From Squalus acanthias (taxonomy: Eukaryota), in contig CM059431.1 in the NCBI GenBank assembly GCA_030390025.1, positions 118,794,001 to 118,858,000 on the forward strand: 64,000 nt of DNA. The letters are read 5' to 3'. The translations under genes were made by a program, and so were the position numbers. Position 1 is the stretch's first letter. Every line of letters begins with the position of its first letter. A model generated the notes under the pieces. It saw only the letters and a list, made by a program, of their open reading frames with translations, was not told the DNA's origin and did not search any database. Below, in pieces: positions 25,271 through 38,812 of the stretch.

Positions 25271-27303
25271 GGTGCCTTAAAGCAAATGGCATAGTTCTGT
25301 TTTTGGCTCTCTGTTAACCTGGATCACATGAAGGCAACTCTCTACACTCATTGCCTGATAAGTGTGGCCTTCCCTGCAAATATGTTCAGTAGAAATTTGG
25401 CAGATGCAAGGAATCAGGCTTTGCTGCCCAACTATTACCCGGGCATGCCTTCTTTCAGGTAGTATCACTGAAGGCCTGTTATACTCTGATTGGTGAAGCT
25501 AAAGAACTATCAACATTACAGTTAGTCAAACATTTTAATGTTACCATCAGTGCTGCTGTCGTTAGCTTCCTTTTGGGAGCAGGAACCTCGGCATACACTA
25601 ATCATCGGCCAAAGCAAGGTCTGGCCATCTCTGTTTACAGATGCTGCAGTCCGGGTACTAGCAGGAGGTACCAAAGCAGCCTGTCCTGCCTGGCCTTCCT
25701 CCCTTGGGCCCTCCTCTTCTTCCAAACATGTCAAATAATGGGATCACATTGGAAGCCCATTGGTACCCTGTAATGTTGCTGGATGGAGATTGGTACAAAG
25801 GCTCATGAGAACCTAAATGAGAACAGAAAGAAACGAGAATCTGTGTAGAGTTGCTGTAATGCTGTTGAATGATTCTTCTCACTAGACCCTTTATACGAGA
25901 TACAGCTCAGCATCTAGTAATTATGGACACCCATGGGATTTGCACCTGGCACTGACCAGGCATGCTGACTGGAATATAATTTCCATGTGATTATAATACT
26001 ATGAAGCTCTTGACTCTTGACCGCCAGAAATGCTGCCATGCATAAAAAAGGTCACTGCCTCATTCTCCATAAGATTACTTGCCAGGAACAGGTGCACACA
26101 GGGCGTTAACATCATAAAAATCGATCCTAATGTGACAGAAATACTAAGAAAGCAACTCAAATAGATCAATAGGCCAATAAGTGCTAAATAGTTTAGACTG
26201 CTCTCCAAAGGAAAATGGAAAAAAATTGCTTGGTGCTGGCAGAAGAAAATAAAATGAAGACAGCTTCTAGATTGAGAGGACAAGGGAGGAGGTGCTGCTT
26301 AAGTCCAAGTGGTTCTAGCCATTTTAGCATTTTAAAAACAGGCTTCTAAAAAAAAAACTTGAAGTTATGGTGCTCATTTTGCTGAAATGAGCACAATTTA
26401 ATTTTTTCTCAAAATGATTTATTTCAAAACCTTTTTCAATGGGTTCGAAATATTTTTTTAATATCAGAGTTTATAGCGTAACTCTGGTTTGTCATGGTTG
26501 CACTGTCAGTGTGGAACCTCACAGTGGGCATGGAAAGCTTATAAAATTGCACGCACAGCTGATTTGCAGTGGGTCAGATTCTGTGACGGCTCGGTTCTGA
26601 TGAGCAGGAGAAGGGCTGTGCTCCTGTCAAGTGCAATTCTCATTTCCATGGAAGAATTTTTCAGGTTAGGTTCCACTCCTACTTTTCCAAAGTTCACTCA
26701 AGCTGCAGCCCCCAACATCCACCTGCAGTAGTCCCTGCAAGGGCCTCTGGTTAGGCCACTATAGACCCCTGAAAACTGAGCAGAGAAGCACGAGCTCTGC
26801 CCACTTTTTGCCGAATTCGGCATTACATCCTAAAACAAGTGTTAGGCCCCTGATTAGCATATTCAAGGTGCCTGACGTCTCTTTTAAGCGAGTGTCCTGG
26901 GCATTTGGAAGCTGCCAATTTGGCAGCCAGCACACCTCGGTGGATTGGGGGGAGGTGTTGGGCATGGGCAATCGCGCCTGGAAATTGCTCCCCCAACTCA
27001 TATTTCTCCCCAGAAATCAGGCATGACGGAAACCAATTTCTCCCCCCCCAGCCCCATTGTTTTGCATCAGGACTTTCTCTTGATTCTTCTTTGAAATTTG
27101 CAGCTGACAAAATGCTGAGAATGGTAAACCCTTCGGGTGTGCCCATTACACTGCATGATTTAAATATGGAGGACAATTCCATGAGGGGGAAATCACATGC
27201 AGATGCAATGACACCTCAGGGAATATGTGTGCATCCCTTAATGTCCCTAAATTTGTATTCCTAGACCCTGACAATCAGACTTAGGAGCATCTGAGAAGAC
27301 TTA

Positions 27304-28030
27304 GGGGCCGATTTTGACTTTTGAGCAATCAACAGGTGGAGCATGCTGATCGGTCGCCCGTTCCGGCGTCGAAGAGGTACCCCCCCCGCCCCTCGCGGTT
27401 TTGAGATCCCAGCCTCATTTAAATCAAGCAGGTGAGTGGCAGGGTGCCACACAGGCGGCGTGATGCAGACTGCCAGATTGAGGCCTCAAGATAGGACCAG
27501 GGTAGCCGCCAGTTAGGCAGTTGCATGGGGATTTGCGATCAAGTGTGGTGGGGTTCTCGGGTGGCAGTGGCCCCGGATGATAGCCCTTTGGGCCCTGGAA
27601 GAGCACACCAGGCAAAGGCAGTGAAAGACGACGCTTAAACTTCACCATCTCTGCCTCAGTTTGTGACAGAACTCTGCTATCTGCTCCAGGCTGACCTTCA
27701 GACAGCTTCAAGAACTGGAACATCTCTGACCATTGCTGTGAATGTCACCACAGCATTCAGGTTCTCTTTTATATGATCCTTCCGGCCACCACAGGGGATA
27801 GCCACCAAATCAGCCCGTCTGCGGTCCATAGATGCATAAAGGCAATGACAGGTGCCATGTTTGCCACAGAAACTCCTTTGTTACTTTCCTGTGAAAAAGA
27901 GATGGCAGCTGAAGAAGGCACATGACCTTTTCCACCTGGCAGGCTCCCAAGTTCAGGGCATTATAGAAAAACTCATGTGGCAAATCCACATCGCTCCTTG
28001 CATGAGGTTATTGTATTCAAACACGCATTC
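27304..28030 (+). mobile_element. Harbinger 5' fragment with transposase relic
   Basis: TIR-like GGGGCCGATTTT at 27304. Fragments LTIAVNVTTAF, GDSHQISPSAVHRCIKAMTGAMFA, AGSQVQGII. Truncated by L2. Confidence 0.7.
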
Positions 28031-28074
28031 TGTTTCTGGTGGTATTATTAATTCAGAGCACATTTTTTGTTTCT

Positions 28075-28461
28075 GAATTCTCAACCTTGTTTTCAACACC
28101 CTCCATGGCCTCACCTCTCCCTATCTCTGTAATCCCCTCCAGCCCTACAACCCTACGAGATATCTGCACTCCTCCAATTCTGGCCTCTTGAGCATCCCCG
28201 ATTTTAATCGCTCCACCATTGGCGGCTGTGCCTTCAGCAGCCAAGGCCCTAATCTCTGGATTTCCCTCCCTAAACGTCTCTGCCTCTCTGTCTCTCTTTC
28301 CTCCTTTAAGACGCTCCTTAAAACCTGCCTCCTTGACCAAGCATCTGCCCTAATAGCTCCTTATGTAGCTCGGTGTCAAATTCTATTTCAGAACGCTCCT
28401 GTGAAGTGCTTTGCAAGTTTTATTACATTAAAGGCGCTATATAAATGCAAGTTGTTGTTGT
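28075..28461 (+). mobile_element. L2 LINE 3' end
   Basis: Similar to 2725-3064; IPDFNRSTIGGCAFS; tail AAAGGCGCTATATAAATGCAAGTTGTTGTTGTT. Confidence 0.88.
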
Positions 28462-29386
28462 TCAGTGCACGCTATTAGCACATCTGACTGGAAGTAGGAG
28501 CTGTTAGCTTTTGTACAATAAAAGAGTGTTCCGAAAAGAGGAAAGTTATCTTCATGCATTGCACGCTATGAGGATAATTTTGACTTTGGGCAATAGTATA
28601 AAACGGGCACTATCAGATCAGCCGCCTGTTAAACATCTTTCCCGATTGAAAATGGGGAGAGAGGTATAATGGGAGGCTGATCTGATATTACCCCCTATGT
28701 CTCTGCTAAACATGGTAACTGGCACCATTGAGAAAGCTGCTTTGGAGGCCAATCGGAGCAATCCTACTCATACCCACCTTATGCAGCACCATGTTCTCTT
28801 TCCCAGCCATTAAACAGGGGGTTGGGTCCTAAATCGCTCTGCCACAGGTTCCATTTTGTGCCTGCACTTTGGGTTTTCTTTCCCTTGCTTTTCGTCACAT
28901 CATTCCTGTCTCCCCCACTTATAGCCTTTGGACAGGTTGATAAGTTTAGAATCTATCCCTTCTCGATGCTGAAGTATATAGATAGTGGGAGTGAGCAAGC
29001 AGGAATGAGTTATCTTTGAATTCAATTTTCTAGATCCTAAATTTTTATAGTAAAACAATTATTATTATCTCAATATTTGTTGGATTAATTGAATGCAATT
29101 CTAATTTTGAAATGAATGGGATTGCAAGCATCGAAGCAAGCAAGTTTTCATTTCCTTTGACAATAAAATGAATTGGTATTGCTTGACCACCCTTCTGTAG
29201 CTAATGGCAAATGGTTGTTAAAGATAAACTTTAGTCTAATCATAGAAAGTGATAAAATTATATCCTGCATTCATCTGTTTCTGATAACCCACAAATGGAA
29301 ATTAATCTAAGTGCTGGATGCCTGTTCTATGGGCTTGTTACTTCATAACACATCCTGATAGCATGCTGAAAGTCATGAGGTTAGGA

Positions 29387-30120
29387 TTTTTTTTTGTTGG
29401 GATATGGGCATCGACGGCATGGCCAGAATTTATTGCCCAACCCTAGTGCCCTTGCAAAGGTGGCGTGGGCCGTCTTCTTGAACCGCTGCAGTCCATATGG
29501 TGGAGGTACTCCCACAGTGCAGGGAGATCCAATATTTTGACCCAACGGCGATGAGGAAACAGTGATATATAAAAGTAAGAAAGAAAGACTTGCATTTCAA
29601 TGGCACCATTCATGGCCTCAGGATGTCCTAAAATGCTTTACAGCCAATGAAGTACTTTTGAAGTGTAGTCACTCTTGTAATGTAGGGAACGCGGCGGCCA
29701 AATTACTCACTGCAAGGTGCCACAAACAGCAATGTGATAATGACCAGATAATCTTTTTTAGTGATGTTGATTGAGGGATAAATATTGGCCAGGACACCGG
29801 CCGGGGATAACTCCCTTGCACTTCTTCAAAATGATGCCATGGGATCTTTTACGTTCAGCTGAGAGAGCAGACGATGCCTTGGTTTAGCACCTCATCCAAA
29901 AGACAGCATCTCCACTGGAGTGTCAGCCTAGAATTTTTGGTACTCAAGTCTCTGGAGTGGGACTTGAATTGAACCCACAACCTTCTGACTTAGAGGCAAG
30001 AGTGCTGCCTCCTGAGCCACAGCTGACACAGTTACCCCAGTCCGAATGGTGTGCGACTTGGAGGGGAACTTGGAGGTGTTTCCATGTGCCTGCTGCACTT
30101 GTCCTGCTAAGTGATAGGGT
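29387..30120 (-). mobile_element. Old CR1-group LINE 3' fragment interrupted by a SINE
   Basis: 29387-29570 and 30031-30120 are collinear with the 19562-19820 region. Confidence 0.7.
29571..30030 (-). mobile_element. tRNA-derived Deu-domain SINE with L2-type tail
   Basis: Reverse complement matches 49283-49750 (A/B boxes, AAAGATCCCATGGCA core, AAATGCAAGTC tail). Confidence 0.85.
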
Positions 30121-31789
30121 GAGACATGCATTCACTAATATAGTACTGATACATTAACTTAAAATTGTAAAAGCACTAAATCTCCAAGGCAAGGTGAAGA
30201 ATAGATAGTAACTGAATGCCAATTTTTACCGAAAAAAATGCTGTCAGGCCTTACTTATGGATATGGTTTGCTATATGAGCAGCTTTAGTGTAAGCACTGG
30301 ACCATAGTTCAATATATGATAATCAAGATTTCCTTCTACATAGGAACGTCTTAAATCACCATGACCCTATTACCTATCTATTTAAGTGCAAGTTCAACAA
30401 ATTGGATAAAGTTGTATGATGTTATTATTGTATTTTTTGAATTATACAAGAAATAGAAATGTCAACAAGAGACTTATGGAAAATTGTAGCTAAACTTGAA
30501 TGAGAGAAATACATTTTTAAGCTTTATATATAATCAGGACTAGATGCCTCATTTCTATAATGACTAATATCTTGGTAATTATAGCAATTATTATTTTTAA
30601 TAGGTACTGGGGGTAGCTGTAAAGGATTTCCAAGTGCTTTTGTTATACTCTAATTGCATTTTTTAAGAGGGATCAGATTTTGGTTGAATTTCCTGAAATT
30701 TCAAGACACTACAAGGCTCACTTTGGAACTAGTAGTGTGTTTACTGCATACACTGTTATTGAACAAAAACAGAGGAAGTGTATGACACTGTTTGCAGCTT
30801 TGGGAGTTTTTGAAAGGACAGCAACTCATGGTCTAAGACTGTCCAAAACTCACCTGTTTCGTGGCACTAGCCTAGAGTTCAGTTATGATACAAATCCCCA
30901 ATGTTCACTGATACTTCCAAGGAACAGTCAACATCTTTTTGTATGCAAGTTCCAATTTTTGCTATCTCAAACAAATGGGGGCCACTGACAGTGTCTGGGC
31001 ACAACCCAGGAGCAGAGATGGCTGGTCTCACTGGATTTGCAAGGCCAACTCCTCCTACTAAGTTTAATAGGTTCCCTGTGTGTGAGGAAAAATCACATGG
31101 GGATTGTGAAGTAGCACAATTGGCTGTGAGGGAGGCAGGGATTTGGGAAATTTGACAACAAAGCAGTTGTTAACGGGCTGCCGCATCCACTTAAAGCTGT
31201 TTGTTTGTTTTCTATTTGTCTATGGGATATGGATGACGTTGACAATGGCGCACTTGTTGTCTGGTGGCCTGAGAAGATGATAGTGGGTCTTCTTCTTGAA
31301 TTGCACTCCTTGTGGTACTGGGTCTCAAAATTGCTTTTCAAGAGCTACAAGCCACAGATAATTACTTGGATGACCTTTAAGAGACAAGGAATGAGAATAC
31401 CTTCTCCAGATTTATTTTTTGAAGGGAAAGGAAATTCCATTTCCAGCAGTTTTCTGCAGTGTACCAGTGACTCAGCCAATTTAGCAAACTTGGCAGAAGT
31501 TAGGTGTAGTGATCTTCATGTGATGATGAACTATCTTCAGCACTGTCAAAGAATGTATCGTATTAATTGTGTCACATCTTACTTCAATGCATCTCCTCCA
31601 GCTCTGAATGTACAATTGTTTTTTGCTGAAAAGTCGGCTGTAAGGGTTGATTTCTGTGCATGTTCAAGGTGAACAAATCAGTGCTCATTGTAGACAGATT
31701 CTTCCAATTATTACCTTTATTGGTATCTTTGCATGTGCTAGGAAAAGAGTACTGTGGAAGTGATTAGCTAACTATTATTGGTCTTAACA

Positions 31790-33385
31790 TGTCTGAGATC
31801 TTGATCACTGACAAGGCCATCTCTGATCATTTCTTTATCTCCTTCTCCATCCTCATCCTCCTGCCTGATATCGATCTTTCTATCATCACCCTGCACCCTT
31901 AGTAAAAATGATCACCCATCTTCCTCACCAGCTTGTTCCAACTCCCAACCTGTTCCTCTGGTCCACCATCTGTCATGACATTGCCATCTCTGTTAACCTG
32001 CTTAACAGTTACCTTACCTCTACTTTTGATGTCCTTATCCCTTCCAGATCTCTCGCCATCTCCCATCCTCTTCGTACAGTAGCCACATTCAAAAGCTAAA
32101 ATCTGAGGGCCAGTCTACAGCACACCTGGTGTGTGCCTAGTCTGGCCATCCGTCACCAGATTTGACCTTGACTCTCTCAAGAAATATCACCTTTCCCTCT
32201 CTGCAGCCACATTACTCTAGGATCATGGTGGAGAGAAAGGAGCAAGCTCAGACTTCTATTCTCCATTCAGTCTTCCTCCACCTCAATCCTAATGTCTGAC
32301 ATCAAATGGCTAATTTTATGAATATTCACTGGCACCAGGTAAAACTGCAAGTTTCAGTATCTCATGAATTTACTTGCATCCAAAATTGAAGTCATCACCT
32401 TCACTATCTCTGCCTTCTCCAGCCCCAACAGCTCTCCCATCTCTGATGTTTGCCAACTGTTCCAACCTCCATCATGCAAAGTTCAGCAATTTTTCTCCTC
32501 TCTTCAGCCTTTATCTGACTCATCTCCTCCATACACCATCACCTGCACACTAGAGCCTGTCCCAAAATAATTCCTGACCAATCTCCTTGGCCTAATGCTT
32601 GCCAACATCATCAATCTCTCCCTTTCCTCAGACATTTTTGTAATCCCTTCAAAACTACCATCATTAGAACAACAACAACTTGGATTTATATACTGCCCTT
32701 AGAATAGAAAAAACATCCCACCCTTCTTTAAAAAGGCTACCCTCCACTCCTTCACCCTGTCTAACTATTCTTCCATCTGTAATATTCTCTTCCTCTCTGA
32801 AGACTAGAAATTCATCGTTGACACACAACTCCACAGTCGCCTCTCCAACCAAGCCCTATACCAATCCCTTCAGCCTTATTACCATCCTTTCTGTAGCACT
32901 GAGATTTCCCTGATCAAAGTCACCAGTAAAATCCTACATGACTGTGCTAAACTTATCAGCTTTCTTGGACTCTCCATGGCTTTCAAGATGATCATTTACT
33001 TTATCCTCCTGCACTGCTTTTCCTCTCAGTCCACCCCCATGGTAGTGCTTATTTCATCCATAGCCTCATTACCTATGCAATCCTTGCCTACCCTACATCC
33101 CAACACATCGCTCCACATTTATGACACTGATCTACTGTGCAGTCCTCCCCATCATTCCCCATCATTAGAAGAGCCATCCACCACTAGGCCTCTGTGCATT
33201 GAAATTCTCTTCCTAACCATGTTACCTCTCTCCCCACCTTCAAAACCCTTCTTAAAACTTCCCTCATTTGTCATCCCTTTGGTCAACTCCCTTAACTTCC
33301 CTCCATTTTCCTGTTTAGGTCCACCAATCCCCTGATAAAACACCTCGTGATATTTCAGTATGTGAAAGCCACTATCAGAGTGCAA
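31790..33385 (+). mobile_element. Ancient, internally deleted L2-like fragment
   Basis: Pyrimidine-rich strand with relics such as ACCATCACCTGCACACTAGAGCCTGTCCC, GCCAACATCATCAATCTCTCCC and GCACTGAGA..CTGATCAAAGTCACC. SINE/L2 tail piece at about 32665-32715. Confidence 0.55.
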
Positions 33386-33387
33386 GT

Positions 33388-33880
33388 ACATAAGAACATA
33401 AGAAATAGGAGCAGGAGTAGGCCAATTGGCCCCTCGAGCCTGCTCCGCCATTCAATAAGATCATGGCTGATCTGATCCTAACTGCCAATCTACTATCACA
33501 GAACCATCTCCTGAACCTAACAGAATTGGACACATGAAATAGGAGCAGGATCAGGCTACACGGCCCCTGGGCCCGCTACGCTACCCACAGGGCCATGACC
33601 GATCCGAACCTAGACTCATGTCCAAATTCCTGCCCACTCCCCGTAACCCTTAATTCCCTTTACTTCTAGGAAACTGTCTATTTCTGTTTTGAAATTATGT
33701 AATGATGTAGCTTCTACAGCTTTTTGGGGCAGCATATTCCATGGACCGACCACCCTCTGAGTGAAGTAGTTCCTTCTCATCTCAGTTTTGAAAGAGCAGC
33801 CCCTTATTCTAAGACTATGGCCCCTAGTTCTAGTTTCACCCATCATTGGGAACATCCTCCCCGCATCCACCCGATCCAAC
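33388..33880 (-). mobile_element. CR1 3' fragment with two successive 3'-UTR modules
   Basis: ORF2 end DRVDAGRMFPMMGETRTRGHSLRI..GYGEWAGIWT*, a diverged UTR at about 33530-33615, and a canonical UTR plus tail at 33388-33480. Confidence 0.85.
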
Positions 33881-34346
33881 CCCTTAGTAGATGTTCAATT
33901 CAGTATCAAAAATTACATGGTGATTATCAGTTATTGATATGTTGTCTCAAGTGTTAATGCAATTCTTCCACTATGTCTAAGCTCAGGTAGAGTTGGTTAG
34001 TACCAATAGAGTCCTTTCCCTGTTCAAATGCTGCTCCCCAATGTACCCCCTTTCCCCTTTAAACTAGCTGCCTGCACCTTAAAGTAACATGATGACCTGG
34101 AAGTTGGATTGCGTTCAAATTGGGACACGTTGTCGGTGTAGCACATGCTGCAGATGTCTAATGAGACTAGCAACAGGACCAGCAAATTGATCTGCCAACC
34201 TCGTTAGGAGAGCAGCAAGAGCTGCGGGTGCTAGTCACGGCCCCAGAGCCAGCTTGCTGGTCACGAGGTGAGTGTATTTTGGCTGGCTGGGACGCCGGCC
34301 AAGGTCCTCAGGTGAGTCCTGAGGTTGTGAGGGAATTGGGAGGGGA

Positions 34347-35183
34347 ACATAAGATCATAAGATAAGAACATAAGAAATAGGAGCAGGAGTAGGCCATTCG
34401 CCCCCTCGAGCTTGCTCCGCCATTCAATAAGATCATGGCTGATCTTGGGCTCAAAGCCACTTCCCTGCCCAGTCCCCATAACCCTTCACTCCCTTATCTT
34501 GCAAAAATCTGTCTATCTCCACCTTAAATGTATTTAATGACCCAGCCTCCACGGCTCTCTGGGGCAGAGAATTCCACAGATTTACGACCCTCTGAGAGAA
34601 GAAATTCCTCATCATCTCAATTCTAAAATGGCGACCCTTTATTCTGAAACTATGCCCCGAGTTCTAGATTTCCCCACGAAGGGAAACATCCTCTCTGCAT
34701 CTACCTTGTCGAGCCCTCTCAGTATCTTATATGTTTCAATAAGATCACCTCTCATTCTTCCAAACTCCAATGAGTATAGGCCCAACCTGCTCAACCTCTC
34801 TTCATAAGACGACCCCCTCATCTCTGGAATTAACCCAGTGAATCGTCTCTGAACTGCCTCCAATGCAAGTATATCCTTCCTTAAATAAGGAGACCAAAAC
34901 TGTACGCAGTACTCAAGGTGCGGTCTCACCAATACCCTGTACAGTTGTAGCAGGACTTCCCTGCTTTTATACTCCAGCCCTCTTGCAATAAAGGCCAACA
35001 TTCCATTTGCTTTTTGATTACTTGCTGCTAACTTTTTGTGTTTCATGCACAAGGACCCCCAGGTCCCTCTGAACTGTAGCATTTTGTAATCTCTCTCCAT
35101 TTAAATAATAATTTGCTTTTTTATTTTTCCTGCCAAAGCGGATAACCTCGCACTTTCCCACAGTATACTCCATCTGCCAAATG
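34347..35183 (-). mobile_element. CR1 3' fragment, same subfamily as 23100-24352
   Basis: KANGMLAFIARGLEYKSREVLLQLYRVLVRPHLEYCVQFWSPYLRKDI; near-identical 3' UTR. Confidence 0.95.
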
Positions 35184-35924
35184 GTAGTCCTGAGTGAAAC
35201 GTGGCTGCAGTGGAGAACTCCTGCTCCTCCTGGATCCATATTCAGGTAAGTAAAAAACTTTAAACTAACCTTTTGGGTGGCAGCCTCCAATGGTCCTGTT
35301 AAAGATTGCTGGTTTGGCTTCAGTGCGGCCATCACCTGCACACTAGATCCTGTCCCAAGTCCGTTGCAAATCAATTTCATAAAGTGGCCTGAAACAGATA
35401 TTAGGCCCCGGATTTGCATAAGCAATGGTGTTAATGCCAGTTTCTGGTGGGCGCCCTGTCCAATATAGCGTGTGGCGCACTTCTGGTGCGGACTGAGCGC
35501 CCACATGGCGCACACCATATTGTGTCCTGCAGTGTCCGTCTTTCACCCAAAAAACAGGCACTGCGTAATCAAATTTTTAGGCCGATCTGTTCATATTTTG
35601 CACTATGTTTGTTATCTAATTTGCCACACTTTCTTTCTTCCCTGCCATTCCTTTTGACAGGTGCTTTGAAGACAGCTTAATTCACATCCTGCCAATTTTC
35701 CTATACTTTTTGGCTGCCTTGCAAGATTTTAGCTGTGCAGTTTAACTTGATGGCTATGTATCTTAGGTACATAAATTCTGCTCTTGGCACATGAGCAGAG
35801 CGAGAGCATTTTACTGCCAGTGCACAGAGGGAACTTCCTTCGGTTTTCTACTTTCCTCTGTTGCACTCCCAGCATGATTTGCATCATGTGCTAGAATTGC
35901 AGGGGATACATTTTTCTTTTTATG

Positions 35925-36815
35925 TTTGCTATCGGGATGTTGATGCCTTTATTGTCCATCCCTCTTGCCCTGAGAAGGTAGTTCTAGGCCTTCCAATTAA
36001 ACTCATGCAGTCTTTCTGGTGATGATGGTCTCATCGACCTCAATTTTTATAGGGCTACTTGGTCGCATACTTGGTTGAATGCTGTCTTGATATTGAGGGA
36101 AGCTCCTCTCACCTTTCTTCTGGCATTCAGCTCTTGCGTCCATATCTGAATCCCTAGCCTTTTGTACTTAGTGCACTCAGCCACTTCTTAACGTCACATG
36201 GAGTGAACTGAATTTGGTAGACATCAGCATCAATGATGGTGGGAATATCAGAAAATGACCCAGTAAGATTTTCCATGTAATAATTTTAGCTGAAGATGCC
36301 TGCAAACAATTCAGCTTTGTCTCTTGCACTCACATGCTGAGCACTTTTAAGGTTGAGGATGGGGTTGTCCATTGAGCCTCTTCCTCCCGTTGCCCACCAC
36401 GATTCTTGTACTGGATGCAATGGGACTACACTATTGGTTGTGGGACCACTTAGCTCTGTCTATAACCTGCTGCTTTTGGTATTTTGCATGTAGATACCTC
36501 TTTGTTGTAGCTTCACTCATTTCCTGCATCATTCTAGATATGCCTTGTGCTGCTCCTGGCACACAATTTCACACTCGCCATTTGGTCTTTTGGCTTGATC
36601 CTGATGGAGGAGTTAGGAATGTGTTGAGCTAAGAGGTTACAGCTCACGGTGATATACAGTTCTGCTGTTGATATTGCCCACACGACAAGATGGAGCACAT
36701 TCTTACAGTGAAGATGAGAGTTTGTCTTCACACGGGCTATGTGATAGTCGCTCCCACCATTGTTATCGTTGACAAATATGTCTGCCGTAGGTTGGTGAGG
36801 ACAAGGTAAAACAAG
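35925..36815 (-). mobile_element. Ancient, deleted CR1-group LINE relic
   Basis: 3' UTR similarity (GGGATGTTGATG..TTTATTGTCCATCCCT..TGAGAAGG) and patches resembling the LDIKAAF region. Confidence 0.5.
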
Positions 36816-38812
36816 TATGTTTTGTTCCAGCTTTTAAAGGTGTTAATTGCTCAATGCACTGGAGATCTCGAGGTACAAAGGACACCCCCTAAAAGGAATA
36901 TACAAATGAGGCTTACACTTAAGAGCAGCACAAGCCTCCAGCCCCCTCCCCCAACAAATCCCAATGGAAAACCTGGGATTAGTGTAAAACAGCTGCAGGA
37001 CAAAAGATCAGGACCTAGAAATTGGGTCGTGTGCTCTCATCCCACAGTGCAGTCTATATGCAAATGAGGTTCGAGGCCCATTATCCGGGGCTCCTCGGAC
37101 CCTAAGATTTGTGTGCAGAGTAAGCACCCTGTGTGGGAGGTAGTGTCAAAAAATTGTCGCTCTCGAATTTCCCGGTCCCCTGATTTTCAGCCCCCTCTGT
37201 ACCTGGCACATGCCTGTGCCACTGGCACATGGGAGCAATGCTTCGGTCCCTCGGTTTCTTTCTCCCCACGTGTTGGCCTTTACTGTTAACAGAGGCTAAG
37301 CTTTGCACAGAAGGTTTACTGAGCATTTCTCAGATGCTGAGGCTAGATGTGGCTTTTCTGCGCCAAAATAAGTTACCACCAACCTCCATGAAATGATGTA
37401 CTGCCTAAGGTCACCTGAACCATTCTGTTTGTATTGATTTTTTTTTTTATTCTGTTGAAGTATCAGCAAAGTTTGTCAAAAAAGGTGACATTTAACAGTT
37501 CTAAAGTATAGGGTAGATAACTCACTCAGGCCTCAGTATACTGTAACATTGTCCTGACAGTGTTTTGACAACACCTCCATTATTACTTTGACAGAAGAGA
37601 AATCATAGTTGGGTTTAGATGATGTTGATGTCTGTTCAAATATCCGAATAAATGCTTGGTTTTAACTGTATTGCTGTAAGCATTTCACATTTTGACAGAC
37701 CTCTCCACTAAGTGATATTCAGAAACTCTAATGACCTCAAGGTATTTTTGCCTGTAGTTTATGGGTTTTCTCTCTGCATTTCTTAGCTTCAAATTGATTC
37801 TTTTGAAGAAAGATGCTACCCTTATAATAACTTCTGCAATTGCATGCTGAAAGAATGGGGATAATTTACACTTTGGGCATGGGTGAAAAACTGACAGTTG
37901 CTGATCAGCACATTATACACCCATCCCGATTTACAACTGACTAGTAATAGATGTATGAATCTGGGTAAACAATCACCAAAGTGCTATAAATGTATATTGC
38001 TGAATGATTATTCACTAACATAATGTATGTATGTCATAATCTTGTGTATGTGCCATGGAGTGTGCTGTCCCTTGTTCAAGTAAAGGGTCACTGTCTCACA
38101 GACTGACTTCTCAAAGGTGAGGCTCTGAGAATCCAAATCTTTAGATGGATCCATTAGTTAAGGTTTTGATCCAGTCATAATAGATGTGGAGTCAAGGAGG
38201 TAGAGCCCAAACAGAGAGGCCCAAAGCCAGCCTGAAATTGGGCCTCGGGTCTCATCTAAATATTCCAGGCAATCTGCCAGCCCCTTTGTGCCTCCACTGG
38301 CAGCTTGCCCTTTTCCAGGATTGAATTTTATGCCTCTTGCCTTGCCAGCGGCGGCCCTCAGGTAAGTTCCAGGTGGTAGGGAGGTTTGGAGTGGTGAACC
38401 GGGGGGGGGGGGGCGGAGGGGTCGTGGGGTGATGGTAGAGGGGTTGATGGCTAGGACTGTGGAGTTGAGAGGAAAACTCTTGCTCCTCCTGGCTCCACAG
38501 ACAGGTTCTTTTTTTAATTAAAAATAAAACTACCTGTAGTTGGTGGCTGTGGGCCCACTGAAGAATCCTGAGGGGGAGGAGGGGGGCAGGCCAGATGGCT
38601 GCCTTGCTCATCATTGACTAACTTTGTAAAGATATCCTTCAGTAGGCTTTAGGCACTAATTAACATATTCAAGCATCCTACCACCTATTTTATGTGTCTG
38701 TTCGGGACACCTAAAAAATAGGCCCCACGAATTTAGCATTGGGACCAATGCTTGGCCAGATTTGGTGCAGGCCATCCCACTACTAAATTGGTATGCTTTG
38801 TGCCTGACATCG

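Noticed and set aside
38102..38116. 15-nt microexon (TDFSK)
   Set aside because: Poor acceptor context; expected by chance in 64 kb.
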